Assembly: GCA_900088475.1 (NCBI GenBank)
Contig: FLMG01003771.1
Span: forward strand, 1-33,466
DNA length: 33,466 nt
Reading direction: 5' to 3'
DNA from: Hyphochytrium catenoides
Taxonomy: Eukaryota; Protista; Hyphochytriomycota
Positions 1-13,056 of the stretch are shown here, piece after piece. Position 1 is the stretch's first letter; each line of letters begins with the position of its first letter. The notes below the pieces were generated by a model, which saw only the letters and a program-made list of their open reading frames with translations, did no database searches and was not told the DNA's origin. Both the position numbers and the translations under genes were made by a program.

Positions 1-395
1 TATGGAGGGTATGCGCTAAAGGGTCTAATGATGGCTAGAGATGAGGAGGACGGACGATACAAACTCAGACCGATGACGACTGGAGAGGCACTCCGGTATA
101 GCTAAGACTGCACTCATCTGTCTTAACAACTGACCTTTTGCCATGCAGAACCACCTCCTAGAATGACCTGCACCACTACTTACTTCCTCCCCCACATGGT
201 GTACTTCCTGTTGTCAAGTTTCAATCCAAGCTCACTTCTGGATGTTGGAACTAACTGAAGCCTTTCTTCTGTGTCCCCAGATATCAGTGGTCTCTCACCA
301 TAATGAATTTACAGACGTCGCTGCTGGACAAAGCTCTGCGGTTTTGGGGGTGGTGGAAAGGACAACTTTTTGAGGATTCCCCAAGAGTTGGATAG
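1..395 (+). CDS. 3' end (last two exons) of an unidentified protein-coding gene
   Basis: Exon <1..95 reads YGGYALKGLMMARDEEDGRYKLRPMTTGEALR and ends at donor CG|GTATAG. The intron has a CTAAC branch motif and a pyrimidine tract ending CCCCAG at 280. Exon 281..395 continues in phase as YQWSLTIMNLQTSLLDKALRFWGWWKGQLFEDSPRVG* (TAG 393-395). No family recognised. Confidence 0.6.
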
Positions 396-634
396 GAAGT
401 CGACTCAGTAGCGCTTGATGGACGATTTTTAATGGAGCTGCAGATTATTTTTTGCTTTTAAAGGCTCGTCAACGTTCATTACTTCGTCTTCTCTATCGTC
501 TAGTCAAATACCAGACTAAAAGAGATAGCGGAGTCACTGAGCTAGAACTAGCTTTTTCACTCTCAGAGAGAGGCTTGATTGGTGTAAGGAGGGGCCCAGC
601 ATGGGCGAGATCAAGCTATTCACAGGCATTCCTT

Positions 635-3600
635 CTAAGCATAGTATGAAGGGGCACCCAAGGAGCTGCTGATAGCATCCAACTGGTCTGGAGTGAACTT
701 GTTTTTGTGTTCATGCCAGAGATCATTGTGGGTGCGCTATGTAAGGTAGATGGGAAGGAAAAGGGTTAGTACAAGCTTGAAAGCAGCTAGGGGTGACAAA
801 GATTGAGTGAGAAGATGTGTTAAATAGGATCATATGCCAATAAGAAGAACTATCTTAGGTTGCTGGAAGATTCCGAGGACCGTCCGACCACGAAATTATA
901 CCTTAAACTCAAGTAGCGTATGCTTTGCTGCGGCGCTGGCAGCCAGAACAGGAGAGTTGGCATGCTGAACCAACTGCACCAGGCACTTCGGCAGAAAGAA
1001 AGGAACCTCGTACGGGAACGCGAGTACCAATGCCGAGAGACCGAGGACACCCTTTGTCTCCTNNNNNNNNNNNNNNNNNNNNNNNNNNNNNNNNNNNNNN
1101 NNNNNNTCCGCAGCTCTTTTCTTTGCTCTCTTTCGGTAACGAATGGATTTTGCTGCAAGGTCTAGCAGCTTGTTGGCCAGTTCGTCCACTACAGTCTCTT
1201 GCTCCTGAGCAATCAATACTGTGCACAATGAACTGCAAATTAGTACATTCTTGTCGAACTAGCTGCGGTGTCACCTTACCACTAAGAGAATTTCTTGCAG
1301 CATCTTGTACTTCTCTATGCTTGTCTACAAGTCCGCTGAGTGTGAGCTCCCTCAACCTGGAAACCTGCCAGAGGGTCGCGATAAGTTAGTAAATGATGGA
1401 CGAGAGAGTTGTCACACTGGGGAAGACAGATGGATAGCGGTTGAGGCAATACCTGATCTGAAGATAGAAGAAAGCCGTTGAACGCAACAAAGGTGCTAGA
1501 GTACTTCAGGATGGCTGCCTTCGAATGCCAAAGAGTGGTATCCTTAAAGATCTCCTCAAAGGATTCCAGAAGAAGAGAGATATGGCGCTCACGGTCCTGA
1601 AAAATCTCAAGCGGTTAGTATTGAAGTCAAAGGAAGTTGCAAGGAAATTCAACGACTCCGCAAAGTTGGTGCACACCAAACGTTGGACGCGAAGCCACCT
1701 TCCTCGCACTCTAACCGTCATTTCTACCAAGATCCAGTAGACCTCGCATTATCATCCTCATCCTTCAACCTTTGAACCCCTTTAGTGGATGGATCCTTAA
1801 TGACCCTTCAACTCAACGAATAAAAGTCTATGAACTTGTAATTATGGAAAGTCCTCACCTGTTCATAGAGAAAGCGTGCTCCATTGCTGATATTATTGAT
1901 GGCCGTCTTGGCCAAGCCAGCGACCTCAATGTCAGCGAAGTTTTGGGAATGAAATACTATCGGTAGCAAGGGAATCAGGTAGCTGTTATATGAAGCGGCG
2001 TCACCTGCAGAAAGGGTTTATATGGCAGGGAAGACATGAGAAGCGTCAGACAGAATAGAACGAGAGTGCGGGATCACCAATGATGTCAGCTGACGCAAAG
2101 CACTTCTTACCTAGTAGCACAGTAGTCATTAACCAGGATATGGTAGCGTCTCTGCGTCTCTTCTCCTCTTCCAGACTCTTATCTGTCATCAGGGTTTGGC
2201 AGCGTATCAGTTAAAGGAGGTTAGAATCCGAAGTTATGCCAAACTACGGGAGTGCCACCGTAGCCAAGAATTCCACAACTTTTTAGAAGGCGACAACAGG
2301 GCGAGGGCGGGTCTTCTAGCAGGGAAAGGCAGGACTGGGTTGTACGGGCTAAATGAGAGGAGAAACATATAACCTTTCCACTTTCATAATGTAAAAGACA
2401 GGCAGGAGGAATATCGTTACCTCTAGGTGTTGTTTCGACACCCTGAAAGTCAGTGGCCACCAGAGTCTTAACCTCATCAACAAGCGCTTGGATCCATCTC
2501 TTAGGGATATCCGCAGCGGACGTTTGGCCAGGTAAAACAGGAATTGGCTGATATAAAGGAATGGTTAATATAGACCGGTTATGTACCAGTGCAAACCGGG
2601 CAGCGATCGCAACATAATAACGAGCAGGATCCAGTGTAAGACGAGAAGGAATGAACGATAAGCAGAAATACAGACCCCCGGTAAGAAGCCCAGAAAACGA
2701 GCAACACAAAGTGGATGTTGGTTCAGCTAAAGGTGGAAAGGAAGCAGCGTGGAGTCAGTTAACCTGCGTGCAAATAAGGTACAAACACCTTCCTGCCTCC
2801 TGTCTGCAGGCTTGATAAGGGCTTGAGAAGGAAGAGACTAAAGGATCTCTAAGCTTCTCCGCCAATGTTTTCACTGCTGACCTCTCCTTTTCGCCTCCGC
2901 TTGCTAACTCGATGAGGAGTGGTTGGAGAAGCTGGAGCCACTTTGTTTGGTGCGAGAACTGGTCACTAGGGAGAAAGGCAGTCAGATTGCCGTCACCGGG
3001 TGACTTAGATAAGCTTAGCATGGAACCGAGAAAGGTCCAGGAGCCCGCCAATGGCAATCCACTAGCGGGCTTGAGAGATTTGTGGACAAGGTAGTCAGAC
3101 GTGAAAGTGCTAAGGCCAACGACAAGGCAACCGAACCGTCAAAAGGATGAATTAAGCAGTATAAAGGCCAGCACCTTTCGGTGGAATTCTTTAACGAAGA
3201 GAGGACTTCTCCTGTCACATAGTCCAACAAAGGAGCCAGGACTTCCGGGTTCCGCCTGTGGGAGGCCAGCCTAAATCACAAACAGTATTGTTACTCCCAA
3301 TGCCATGCAGGGCTCTCGATAGGTAGGGTAGTGACACTCATCTGACCTGATTGCATCTACCCAGTCGCCGTTGTTGTTCAGGCTAACAATGGGCATGATT
3401 TTTCTTAGCGCCTCAAGGCAGACTGACCAGGAATGTCCAGCTTCAACGGAGCCCTGAGAGAGTCGCAGGGAGCGTTAACCTTGCAGCTTACCAGCGAGGA
3501 TTACCCTTGCAGCTTTTCAGGGAGTAAAAAGAAGCAATGGCCAAAGTGCAAGACCAACTAACGATCGTAAGTACCTTCCCTACAGCCCCTGCCCGCATTA

Positions 3601-6600
3601 TACCAGCCAATATCTCCGCCGCTGCACAAACTGAGATCCTCTGCTCATAGGACGGAGCTTCGAATGCCAGGCGGTACACATGGGGTAAGATGCCGTTCAA
3701 AAATGGAGCACCAATAACCTTATATAGACCCTACATAGGAGGAAGAGGGGTCAACGACAAAGAGATTCAAGATATGCTCAGATAACAGAGGAAGGCCAGG
3801 TCAAGGTGCTAACACCTAAAGCAAGAGTTGTCCACGCGTCCTATCAGAGTCAATAAATAATAGGCACAGCGCAAGCCAGCATACCCAACGGTCATGAACT
3901 GAACAAGCTATCGTCTCACCTTGACTAGGAGGACGTGGCTTATGGAGAAGGATGAGGAGATGAGGAGGTGCCTAGAGTAGGGGTACGATCGCGGCCGTCT
4001 GGTGGTAGCATAAGACAATGTTTTAGCAGCCTGGAGAGCTAAAGATAGGTACAGTAGGAACCAGATGTCATAGAATGGACGATCTCGATACAGCAGAGCA
4101 GAAGATGGCAAGGTAGTAATAGTAAGGCTTACCTAGCCACTTCACGGAGAATGGAATCCACCGCTGCAGAGAGCTGAGATCTAGTACCCCCGCCGCCTGC
4201 TCCTTCTTCCAGAGACCTTACATTGACGTGTCAGCAAACTACGTTGAAGAGGCAAACAGGGCAGGCAGTGGTGGAAAGGTAATCCAAATGCATCGAGACT
4301 GAAAAGCGCGGTAGAAAGAGCAAAAGTAGGATTAATGTATGGAGCGTGAGACGTTAGAAAGACCTGCTATTATTTCAACAAGGTACACTGAGAATTAGCA
4401 CAATCCTCTTTGCTTACTCACACCGAAGCTGCAAAGGAGCCAATGAAGATACCGATGCAGACTACAAAGGGGACATCAGTCAGGAGTGGAAGAAGACTCA
4501 CTTATGTGCATCTTTGTGGTCATAGACGAGCGCCTTGCTGAGGGCCAAAAGGAAATCGGCAGAGAGAATTCTTGATTGCACAGCAGAACTGAACGTCTCG
4601 ACTGCTCTGGATCCCTATCACAGTTGTAACGAGCAGGCCACATTAGTGTTAGAGAATAGAGAACCTGTCTCAGATAATACATCACAGGAGCTCATAACAA
4701 GCACCCGACATGCATTTGTTATGGAAAAGAACAATCCCATCTCTGCAGAAACTGGTAGAAAGCAAGGTGTGAGAGGCATGACTTACATGTGTCTTTGTCA
4801 TTGCAAGGACCCGAGATAAGGCAGAAAGGCCGAACTTTTGAAGGCTGTCAATGTCACTTGCAATATTATCCATAAAGATATTGACGACCTAAGGCGCATT
4901 CCATTAGCGAGCGGAGATAATAGACCTTACCTTTAACGTAGTGAAAGACTAGGAAACAACAAAAGTAGGGAGGACTGGTAAACGGAACAGATAGCGGTAG
5001 AATCATACTAACCTCAGGCCTAATAGGTGCATCTGAGGGCAGGATGGCAAGCAGTGACGCGGAACGAAGGAGTTGATACCGCCAATGTAGGTCGGTCTCC
5101 TTGCCCAGCGAGATCAATTCTACAGATTCAATAAGCCGATGGAAGAACACATGAGGTAAAGGCGAGTAAAGGCATGTCCTGGGGTGGTCAATAGAGGTCG
5201 AAGGTACAGCTTGAGGTCGACAACAGGTAAACGTAAGAAAGAGCAGACCTGTTATAAGCTTGTCACGAGTACTTTTGTCTTTGTCATCTGGTCCCAGTCA
5301 AAAGATGAAGAGCAACATTGAGTCAGAACCCATATTCACATGCAACGAGAACGTCTCTAAAGTAGCAGACGGAATGAGTGAACACTTAGTTTGCAAACGA
5401 TGGCCCAGGAGGGACAATGAAGAGAAAGCGCCTAGCTTTATAATCCCAATTACTCTGTTACCTCAAGTTTGAGGAAATTTGAGGAAGCCTGATTAAGAAT
5501 CTCACTTACCATACAGGGGCACTACTTGCATGTTGGAGAGGTAAGATAGGAAGAGACTCTGCAGCCTGCTCTGTGTCTTCTCCTGTTTCTCTAACGGCAT
5601 CCGGGCTATAAGAGCATTCGTTTGGCAGAGCAGAGGTAAGAAGAGAGAGAGCAGTGACCAATCGTTGGCCACGTATCGCATTGTGCGGCTTTGCTGAAGT
5701 AGAAACAGCGTTCCCGTAACCTAGGTAGTGGAAGCAGCAGAGAAATGCGTATGAAAATGAGCTACCGCAGATGCTCTCAAGGTCACACCAGGCTAACATT
5801 AGGAGAACAGAAGTGAAAGAACGGCCAAACAGGGAACGCATCCAGCTCGAAGCTAGGCCTTAGCCGTTGCTTTTCCGCAAAAGGGAGTGTCTAATCTTAC
5901 CTTCTCTACCCCGGCTTGGGTGACATCCTCTCCAAGCACTTTCACGAAGCTCGGTATCTGTTCTCGCCAGGCCCAGGAGAACCGGGTAGCAGCGCTCACT
6001 AGCGAGTTTTGAGCTTCCTTTCTCACGGTTGAGTAGGAGTGACACGACAGTCGAATAAGGTCCTGCATGAGAGCCACATAGACCTAGCAAGAAGGGTGGT
6101 CAGCTATAGTTCACACTGCTGTCCATGCTGTCTGTTCCCTCTCTGGCCTTCTCCCTAGCAATTCCATCCCATACACACGCAAAGTTATCCTACAAAAAGG
6201 CTTCTTGAAAGCGTAGGCCCGTCACTCACTAATCTATGCACACTTTACTATTCGCCGCCGTACACGTGCATTATGTCCTACCTCTGCGTGCTTGGATCTA
6301 TCTCCGCGGAGCTTTCGAGGTATGTCGTAGCTGAGCTGCACCAACCACGACTCCAAATGAATGTCTAATCGCTCGATCATATTACGGCGAGGGATATCCT
6401 GGCTACTCGCAAGTAGACTTAGTACATGCCATAACTAAGAGTAAGGAGTTAAGCAGGAGCTACAACTGTTCAACAGTAATGCGTAAGACCTCTTGGATGT
6501 CAAATCAGTCCGGTGTCGCCTAGAAACAAAGGGAAAAGAGCTAGATGGAAAAGATTGACTGCCCGAGGAGAAGAACCATTGCTTACCCCCTATTTGCAAA

Positions 6601-9600
6601 GAAGTTGCCATGTTGCTGCGGAGATTTGGTCCTCGAAGAGTAGATGTACTCATGCCTAGATGCTTTGTTGACCACCCACCTTTTAAGGGGCAAGCATGAG
6701 ATGGAATAGGAAGATGTAAATCAGCACAATAAGGAGAACGCCAGCTGAGTAGCCGCTGTGGAGTGCGACGGAAGTATACTAGAGCTAGCGGTTTTCCAAC
6801 GGAGGAGACGAACCTAGAAAGAACGAATATAAACAAGCACACAACAGCCGGCTGAAAGGGTACATACATCAAACTTCAATGCAACGGAGGAGAAATGGCC
6901 AGCAGCACTTACTGCTTCATGAAGCCGAGCATCTGCTGTCGGACCTCAGTCTTGCTCTTGCTTCCTCCACGAGAACAAAGGAGCTTTGAGATAATTACAA
7001 TCAGCTTTCCCATGCTCTTTGTGTCTCGTTCTCCTTCCTTTTTCTCTAACAAATAGTTAGTCGCACGATGGCAGAGCGACGAGAGAAGAAGCCGAAGCGT
7101 GGACAGGGGCTCGGGGCACGTAGGTAGGTTGTAGAAGCGTGCGATATCTGGTTCCTGGAATAGTTTATTGAGAGCCGTTATCTAGCCATAGAAAGACGAA
7201 GACGCGACTGGGAGCCAGAAGGAGATCTTACACCGCTTCCAGGAAGGTTGGAAGCAAGGTAAACTGTACCAGGAAACATCATAAGGAATCAGAGCAAGAA
7301 GCCATGAAATATGAACCCCAAGACCAGAGCAATAATAGATTCCTGCTTTTAGTCTAGAACAACCCACCTGAAGAGCCGAAAGGGCGCCTCTAACTCCATG
7401 ATTGATGACCTGCAAGCTCTGCCTCCAGACGTCAGCATCGTACGCTTCGCCTGTCCCACTCATTACCTTCTCCAATCTCTGCCTGGCCTTCTCTACCGTC
7501 TCGCTTAGAAGAAGAGAAGCAAATGCAATCTCTTCTTGCGAAGGTTGATGCCACTGACATTCTACGTGATCCCAATCGACGGGAGTAGCCCATTGTGTCC
7601 ATAACTTTCCTGAAAAGGTGTTGCCGCGTTAACCGCCAAACCTCGGAGAAGGCGAATGGGACAGAGAGCACAAAGAGACGAACAGGTAGTCGACGGATTG
7701 TATCACTAAGGTCCAATGCTCCCAACAAGACCTAGGACTTCAATAATAAAGATATATTGGTAAGAAGGTCCACAGGAAAGAGAGGCTCAGATGATTTTAA
7801 GATTCTTGCCTTTGTTGATAATGCTTGCGGGTAGACTCCTGGAATCTGTCGGATAGACTTTCAGCAGAGATTTTAGCGTCTGCCTCAGAAGCTTGCAAGC
7901 TGCTTTCCGCACTTTCTTGTCCTTGTGCTCTAGACAAAGTCGGAGAATCTGTGGAAGGAGAGTGTAGAGAACCACACCATTGCAACAGCGAGTTGAGGTT
8001 GAAGTTAGAGGTGAGGAATTGGATCTCGTCATAATGAGTCAAGGCGCTACGCATACAGTGCGGATTTCATCTTGGTACTTGAGAAGCACAGGGCCTGCCT
8101 CTCTCGTTAACCCAGCCATTAGCCGCAGATACCAAGCTACCTGAAGTTAAAAGAAAGAAGTTTAGCGGTCTTTCGTACAGGGTGAGACGCACGCCGTGTC
8201 GGGAGAAGACTAACTAAAAAGTATTCTTTCGACAACTTGAAATGGCACCGTTGATGTGCAAATAGCGATAATAGATTGCTATGGCGACGGAAGAAGAAAA
8301 ACGTGCAGTCCAGAATGCTAGGTAAGGTCACTAGATGTGCTGACCTCGGAGTCACTGTTTTCTCGCAACTTGTGCTCTCCACTTCCTTGACTGTTGACCA
8401 AAGAGTCATAAAGGAATGGAAAGATGCGTGCCAAGGAAGCTTCTGGTCGTGTGAAAGTGCAGGCCGCTAGTAAAAGAGACGTATCTTTGGCAGCATCCGG
8501 AAGGTACGAAGAGCTAATGAAGGAGTGTACTCTTCGCAGCGCCTGGAGAGAATGGCAAGCGGTTAATGTTGACCATTTCAGTCGAAGGAGTCCGCACCCA
8601 GTCCTGCTAGTATCGCAAGCTCTGTTTGTGTACTGTCGTCGCCCGAAAGGGTTGTGGCTGATCTGGCCTTGGAACCTTAGATGCTAATCTGCCTTCCTTA
8701 TCTGCGCCAACAAGCGGCAACTCACAGAGGTGCTCTATATCTCGTACCTTCTCATGTAGTTGTGCATCCATCTGCCCTAGCAGTTGGTAGAGGAGCGAAA
8801 TGACAAGGTATGAGATGAATCGCTCTGTGGAGTGCGCCAAAGAATTTCCCTTTGCTGGCTTATCTCGGTGCTTCATCAGGCTCATCAGCTGAAGGAGATA
8901 CCCAGGGTGTGTTAGGATGGTGAGAAGAACCAAACCCCGCGCAGATTGAGAGGTCATTAGCCTGATAGAGATAACGCACAAGCAGTTTACAAGAGAGAAT
9001 ATAAACTGCGAATAGGCTTGTGATTGCTAATGAGCTGGTAGCGCACATTAACGTTGTCGTTTGTACTACCTTGTCTAGAAGCTGCAAAGACCAGTCCGAA
9101 AGGGCATCATTCGCCCGCCAGCATTCTTGGTAAAGCTCTTCCGTCTCCTCTTGAGACAAAGAAGGAAACAACATCCAAGAGGGTATCTCCGGAATAGAGG
9201 CGGGAGCATATTTTCCATCAGAGGGGACGGAAACTACAAGGACGTGTTTAGGTTTGATCATTGTCAGATTACATAGTAGCATAATGGGACGACACATGCG
9301 GTTAGTCACCTTCTCCAATAGGAATCCAATCGAGCACCGCTGTATAGAAGCTAAGGGTGCTGATAGTCTTGTTGGAGTCACTCACGTCAATTCCCGGTAG
9401 AGTAGCGGACAGAAGTGCTGGCAAATGAGGTGCAAGGAGGGGGCGGGGATATAGGAGAGGTCGGACCTGTAGAAAGGCAGCGTTAGATAGTAGTAAACCA
9501 AGCGAATGTGAAGACACCGGCCCTCGACGCCAATATTTCCTTTAAGCTGCTAAGGTCTTCTACTCACACAGCCATCCTCTCATAGTCATATAGCTTTCTC

Positions 9601-12600
9601 TGTCTCCCCATCACTCAAACATTTTCTTTTGCATCAGGGAGGAGCCCCCCGTTTCCCTTCCAGTGACCGCATCATGTTAGCACCAAGAACTACCCAACTG
9701 TTTGGCCTGATTACCAGCACTACGAGAGCTTTCAGCGCACTCGGCGCTTGATGGGTCAGATGAGTCGCTGATTCATCCAAAGCCATATATATCTAAAGCA
9801 AATGACTTCATTAGAGGCCGGACTAAGGTTATTTTTGCGTTCAGTCTTGACGAACAAATTGACAAAGTTCATAATGCAATCAGGTATTGATGGTGCAAAA
9901 AGCTGCTCAGAACCAGCAGTAGCATAATCTGTGGTCAGACAAACCATCATGAAGGCTCACCTTCTCAATAAGGGTATCAGCGACCGTCTTAGGGCTCACA
10001 ATGGCCAGATTCCTGATCCCATGCTGCGCCAGCGTCACAAGCGTTTGGCTCTTTGAATAGAGAGCTTGGATGCCCTAGTAAAGCAAGGAGAGCCTTAGGC
10101 AGCCAAACCAATGCTATGCTGCAGAGTGCAGACCTCAAAGATAACGACGCCTGTCAACAGGCATGAAGGAATGGAATGGGTACGACGTGTAGGATACACG
10201 TACCAGCTCTAGACCAAAGCTCACTATCAGCTTGACATCTGCATGGCCCAAGCGTCCCCCACCAAGGCCCGTCTCCTTGCCTAGGAGACAGTCGTCAACG
10301 ACGTAAACTAGTCAGTGATAGATTAGGGCTAAGTCACGAAGGATAAGAATACGAGGATCACTTGCCACCCAACGGAAGGTAGCCAAACGGGGGCGCTCAA
10401 AGGTAGAGCTAAGAGTTTAGGCGCAATGGTACGCTTGAGAGGAGGGTGTGACATGCTGGGAGATAGAAAAGGTCAAAGTGAAATACTATGCAAGTGGCAA
10501 GATGAGGATAGGCTGCACCTAGGCGCCTCGACAGCTGCGAGCAGAGATTGGCTAGGAAGATGCCAATCCTATCGCTCCAAGGACCGGTGTTAGACGGATG
10601 GAAATACGTCCTGATCTTGTAAAGGAGCTGCTGCAGCCTGATATAGAATGCTTAATAAAGATATTATACACTTTCAAATAGGCTACCACAAAGGACATCA
10701 GGGGTCGTTCGGTTCCATCTTGCCCAACAAACCAATCACCCAGCACCTGTGGCTTTGCCGCTTTTATGGCATTCTCTCCCTCCCTCGAAGCTTAGCAGCT
10801 GTTGCCTAACCCTGCCAGTTCGAAAGGATCTTCCTTTCCGCCATTGCTTACCTGGCAGCGCTAGCTGAGACACCTGCACCTGGAATGGACGATGCTTAGA
10901 AGTTAAGAGGGCAACAGGATGAAGAAGAGTGGCCTTTGCAAAGCTGAAAAGATATATACTTAGAAGGCAAATATCTTAGCAATGACACATTTGCTGACAA
11001 TTTGTCGGGCCCCCATGCATTACATAAAGCATAGAGGTGAGTGGCGGTGTTACGTTTAGAGGTCGGAGAAGAACCTGGTAGACTTTCAACAAGAGCGACA
11101 AGGGACCAACAATAAGATCCTAAGTAAAGAGCTTACCCTCCGGATCCTCGGTGACGTCCATCATGTAGACTATAAGCTTAGCCATCTTCCGGACCCTATT
11201 GGTGGCGTATTGTTTCTGACCATACACAGTATATTGGGACGGAAGAGAGCGAGTTCCGGGAGCGCTAGGATCTTTATTGGACTGGAGGCTGAAGATTATG
11301 AGAGGTTAGTAATGTAGAATACTGCTAGTAAGTGGAAGGTGAGAAGGCATCCTTGGGAACATAAGATAACAGTTTGCAAGAAAACGCAGCTAGCTCCAGC
11401 ATCGTTGTACACATATATAACATGGGTTTCAAGGTCAGTGATGTTCCGCCAGAGAGTAGTTAGAACAGTACTGACTCTAAAGAGTGAAGGAAAAAGGAAT
11501 AACCCATTGATTTATAGAGAAGGGCGATCGTCCGCGCTGCTCAGCTGATAATGGCGGATGGGCCAAAGTGAATAACCGGTGAAAAGAAACAAACCAGAAA
11601 GGACAAGAGGAGACTATTGAGGTCTGGATAGGATGTTTCTCGTGCGAGTAGAAGGCGACCAACCTTAAGGAGGTTAGCACTCTTGAGAAAAGGAAAGGCT
11701 GAAACGGTTCCCAGCTGAACCCTTTCAGTTGTTTCGCAGCTCTGCAAAAAAGAATAAACCAATGCGTATCCCACTCTGGACAGTAATCCACCGTTCCCCA
11801 AAGGGCAATCCAATCCGAGATCCAGGACGGCTCGTAATGAGCACATGTAGGTAGGAAGAGACAGAGGAGACCTGCAAGCGTAATCAGGTCAATTTCAGAC
11901 AGAGGTCAACCCATTTCTGATCGAAGAGGAGCAATCTATAGGTACTGTACTCATGTTATTGGTGAACACTAAGATCAGGGTTCAGACTAGCATACCTTGG
12001 GCCTGGAAGATCATCATACTGTGCGGATTCCGCATGTTCGGCATCAGATGGGCAACAATCTCAGCGCTCGCAGATTCCGGAAAGTAATGACTGAGTCAAC
12101 GAGACAGAGATGCATGTTACTGACCACAAGGCTAGGTAGCGTGCAGGACAGATTGGGTTTATGCAGAGGAATGATCTGCTTCACGAGGAGAACGGTAAAT
12201 GGTCGCTCTAAACCATAGAAGAGGGGGAAGGGCAGCTAATGGGTTTCAAAGAGACCGTAGAAAGACCAAGCATCACCTGAACGACGACACAAGAGCTAAT
12301 TAAGAGTGCACAAATACAGAGAAGCAAGCAGGATACGAACCGAGCCACGTCAGCAAAGGCCGTAAGGGCAGAAGAGTGCTGCCTGTCAATGTGTTGACTT
12401 GAAAGAGCAGGTGTTCTAAGTGGCGGGTAGATATACTGCACCATATAGTCTAGTAGAGGACGCCAAGGAATTGAAAGGACTTTCTCTCTTGCCAACTGAT
12501 GATGTCTCTTTTTCAAGAGAAGAGTCATTGCCTTCAAAAGCTTGGTCTATTGATTGCCAAAGCAAGAGANNNNNNNNNNNNNNNNNNNNNNNNNNNNNNN

Positions 12601-13056
12601 AGAAGGGTACAGTTTGAATCCTAGAGAAATGAGGAATGGCCCTCTCATGGGGAGCTAGAGTTTAGTGCACCTTGGCGCTGAGTGGCAGTTCTTTGGGCTT
12701 GCTGAAGAGTAGATCGAAGACAATCTGCACGATCACAGCGGCATCCTCGCTTCTGAAGGGAAGCTTCAGATCAAGATGGTTTTGGAGCCGCCTGCAGAGT
12801 CCAAAAAGACTACCAATGTCCAGGCGACCGCTCGCAAGTTGAAGTTCCTTAAGGTCCTTCGATTGAGGCCATGGGGTGAGATTGACAGTCAAAGGTAAGC
12901 TGGAGAGCAACCATGCAATAGTAGCTGACGTGAAGCATGTTTCGCAATCGAAAGCACCATTCTTACATTGATGATTTTCTTGACGCTGGAGTCTGCATCT
13001 GTGAGAAGCTTGGTAGCAGCGTACTCTGGCAGATTGGCATTATACCTAGCAAACAT
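635..13056 (-). CDS. PSME4: Proteasome activator PA200/Blm10 (HEAT-repeat 20S activator), about 40 exons
   Basis: Hand-spliced exons give family motifs in the expected order: MFARYNANLP (exon 13056..12967), IPWRPLLD, RHYFPESASAEI, CLFLPT, TYFHPSNTGPW (~10570-10610), LPGIDVSDSNKT (~9350-9400), WHQPSQEEIAFA (~7520-7560), DLIRLSCHSYSTVRKEAQ, LHWRY, AAEILAGIMR, WHSKAAILKY, LVDKHREVQDAARNSLSG, GVLGLSALVLAFPYEVP and LLEFK|RTHNDLWHEHKNKFT. The last exon (736..635) ends GAPSYYA* with the YYA/HbYX tail of Blm10/PA200. A few internal boundaries, e.g. ~1620-1830, are uncertain. Confidence 0.97.
1063..1106. repeat. 44-nt N run inside a PA200 coding exon, probably a masked or unresolved (TCC/GGA)n repeat
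   Basis: The reading frame is preserved across the Ns (KKRAA...ETKGVLGL) and the flanks are ctcct / tccgc. Confidence 0.55.
12570..12600. repeat. 31-nt N run in PA200 intron 2, probably (AG)n
   Basis: The flanks are aagaga / agaagg and the run lies between exons 12856..12671 and 12546..12341. Confidence 0.5.
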
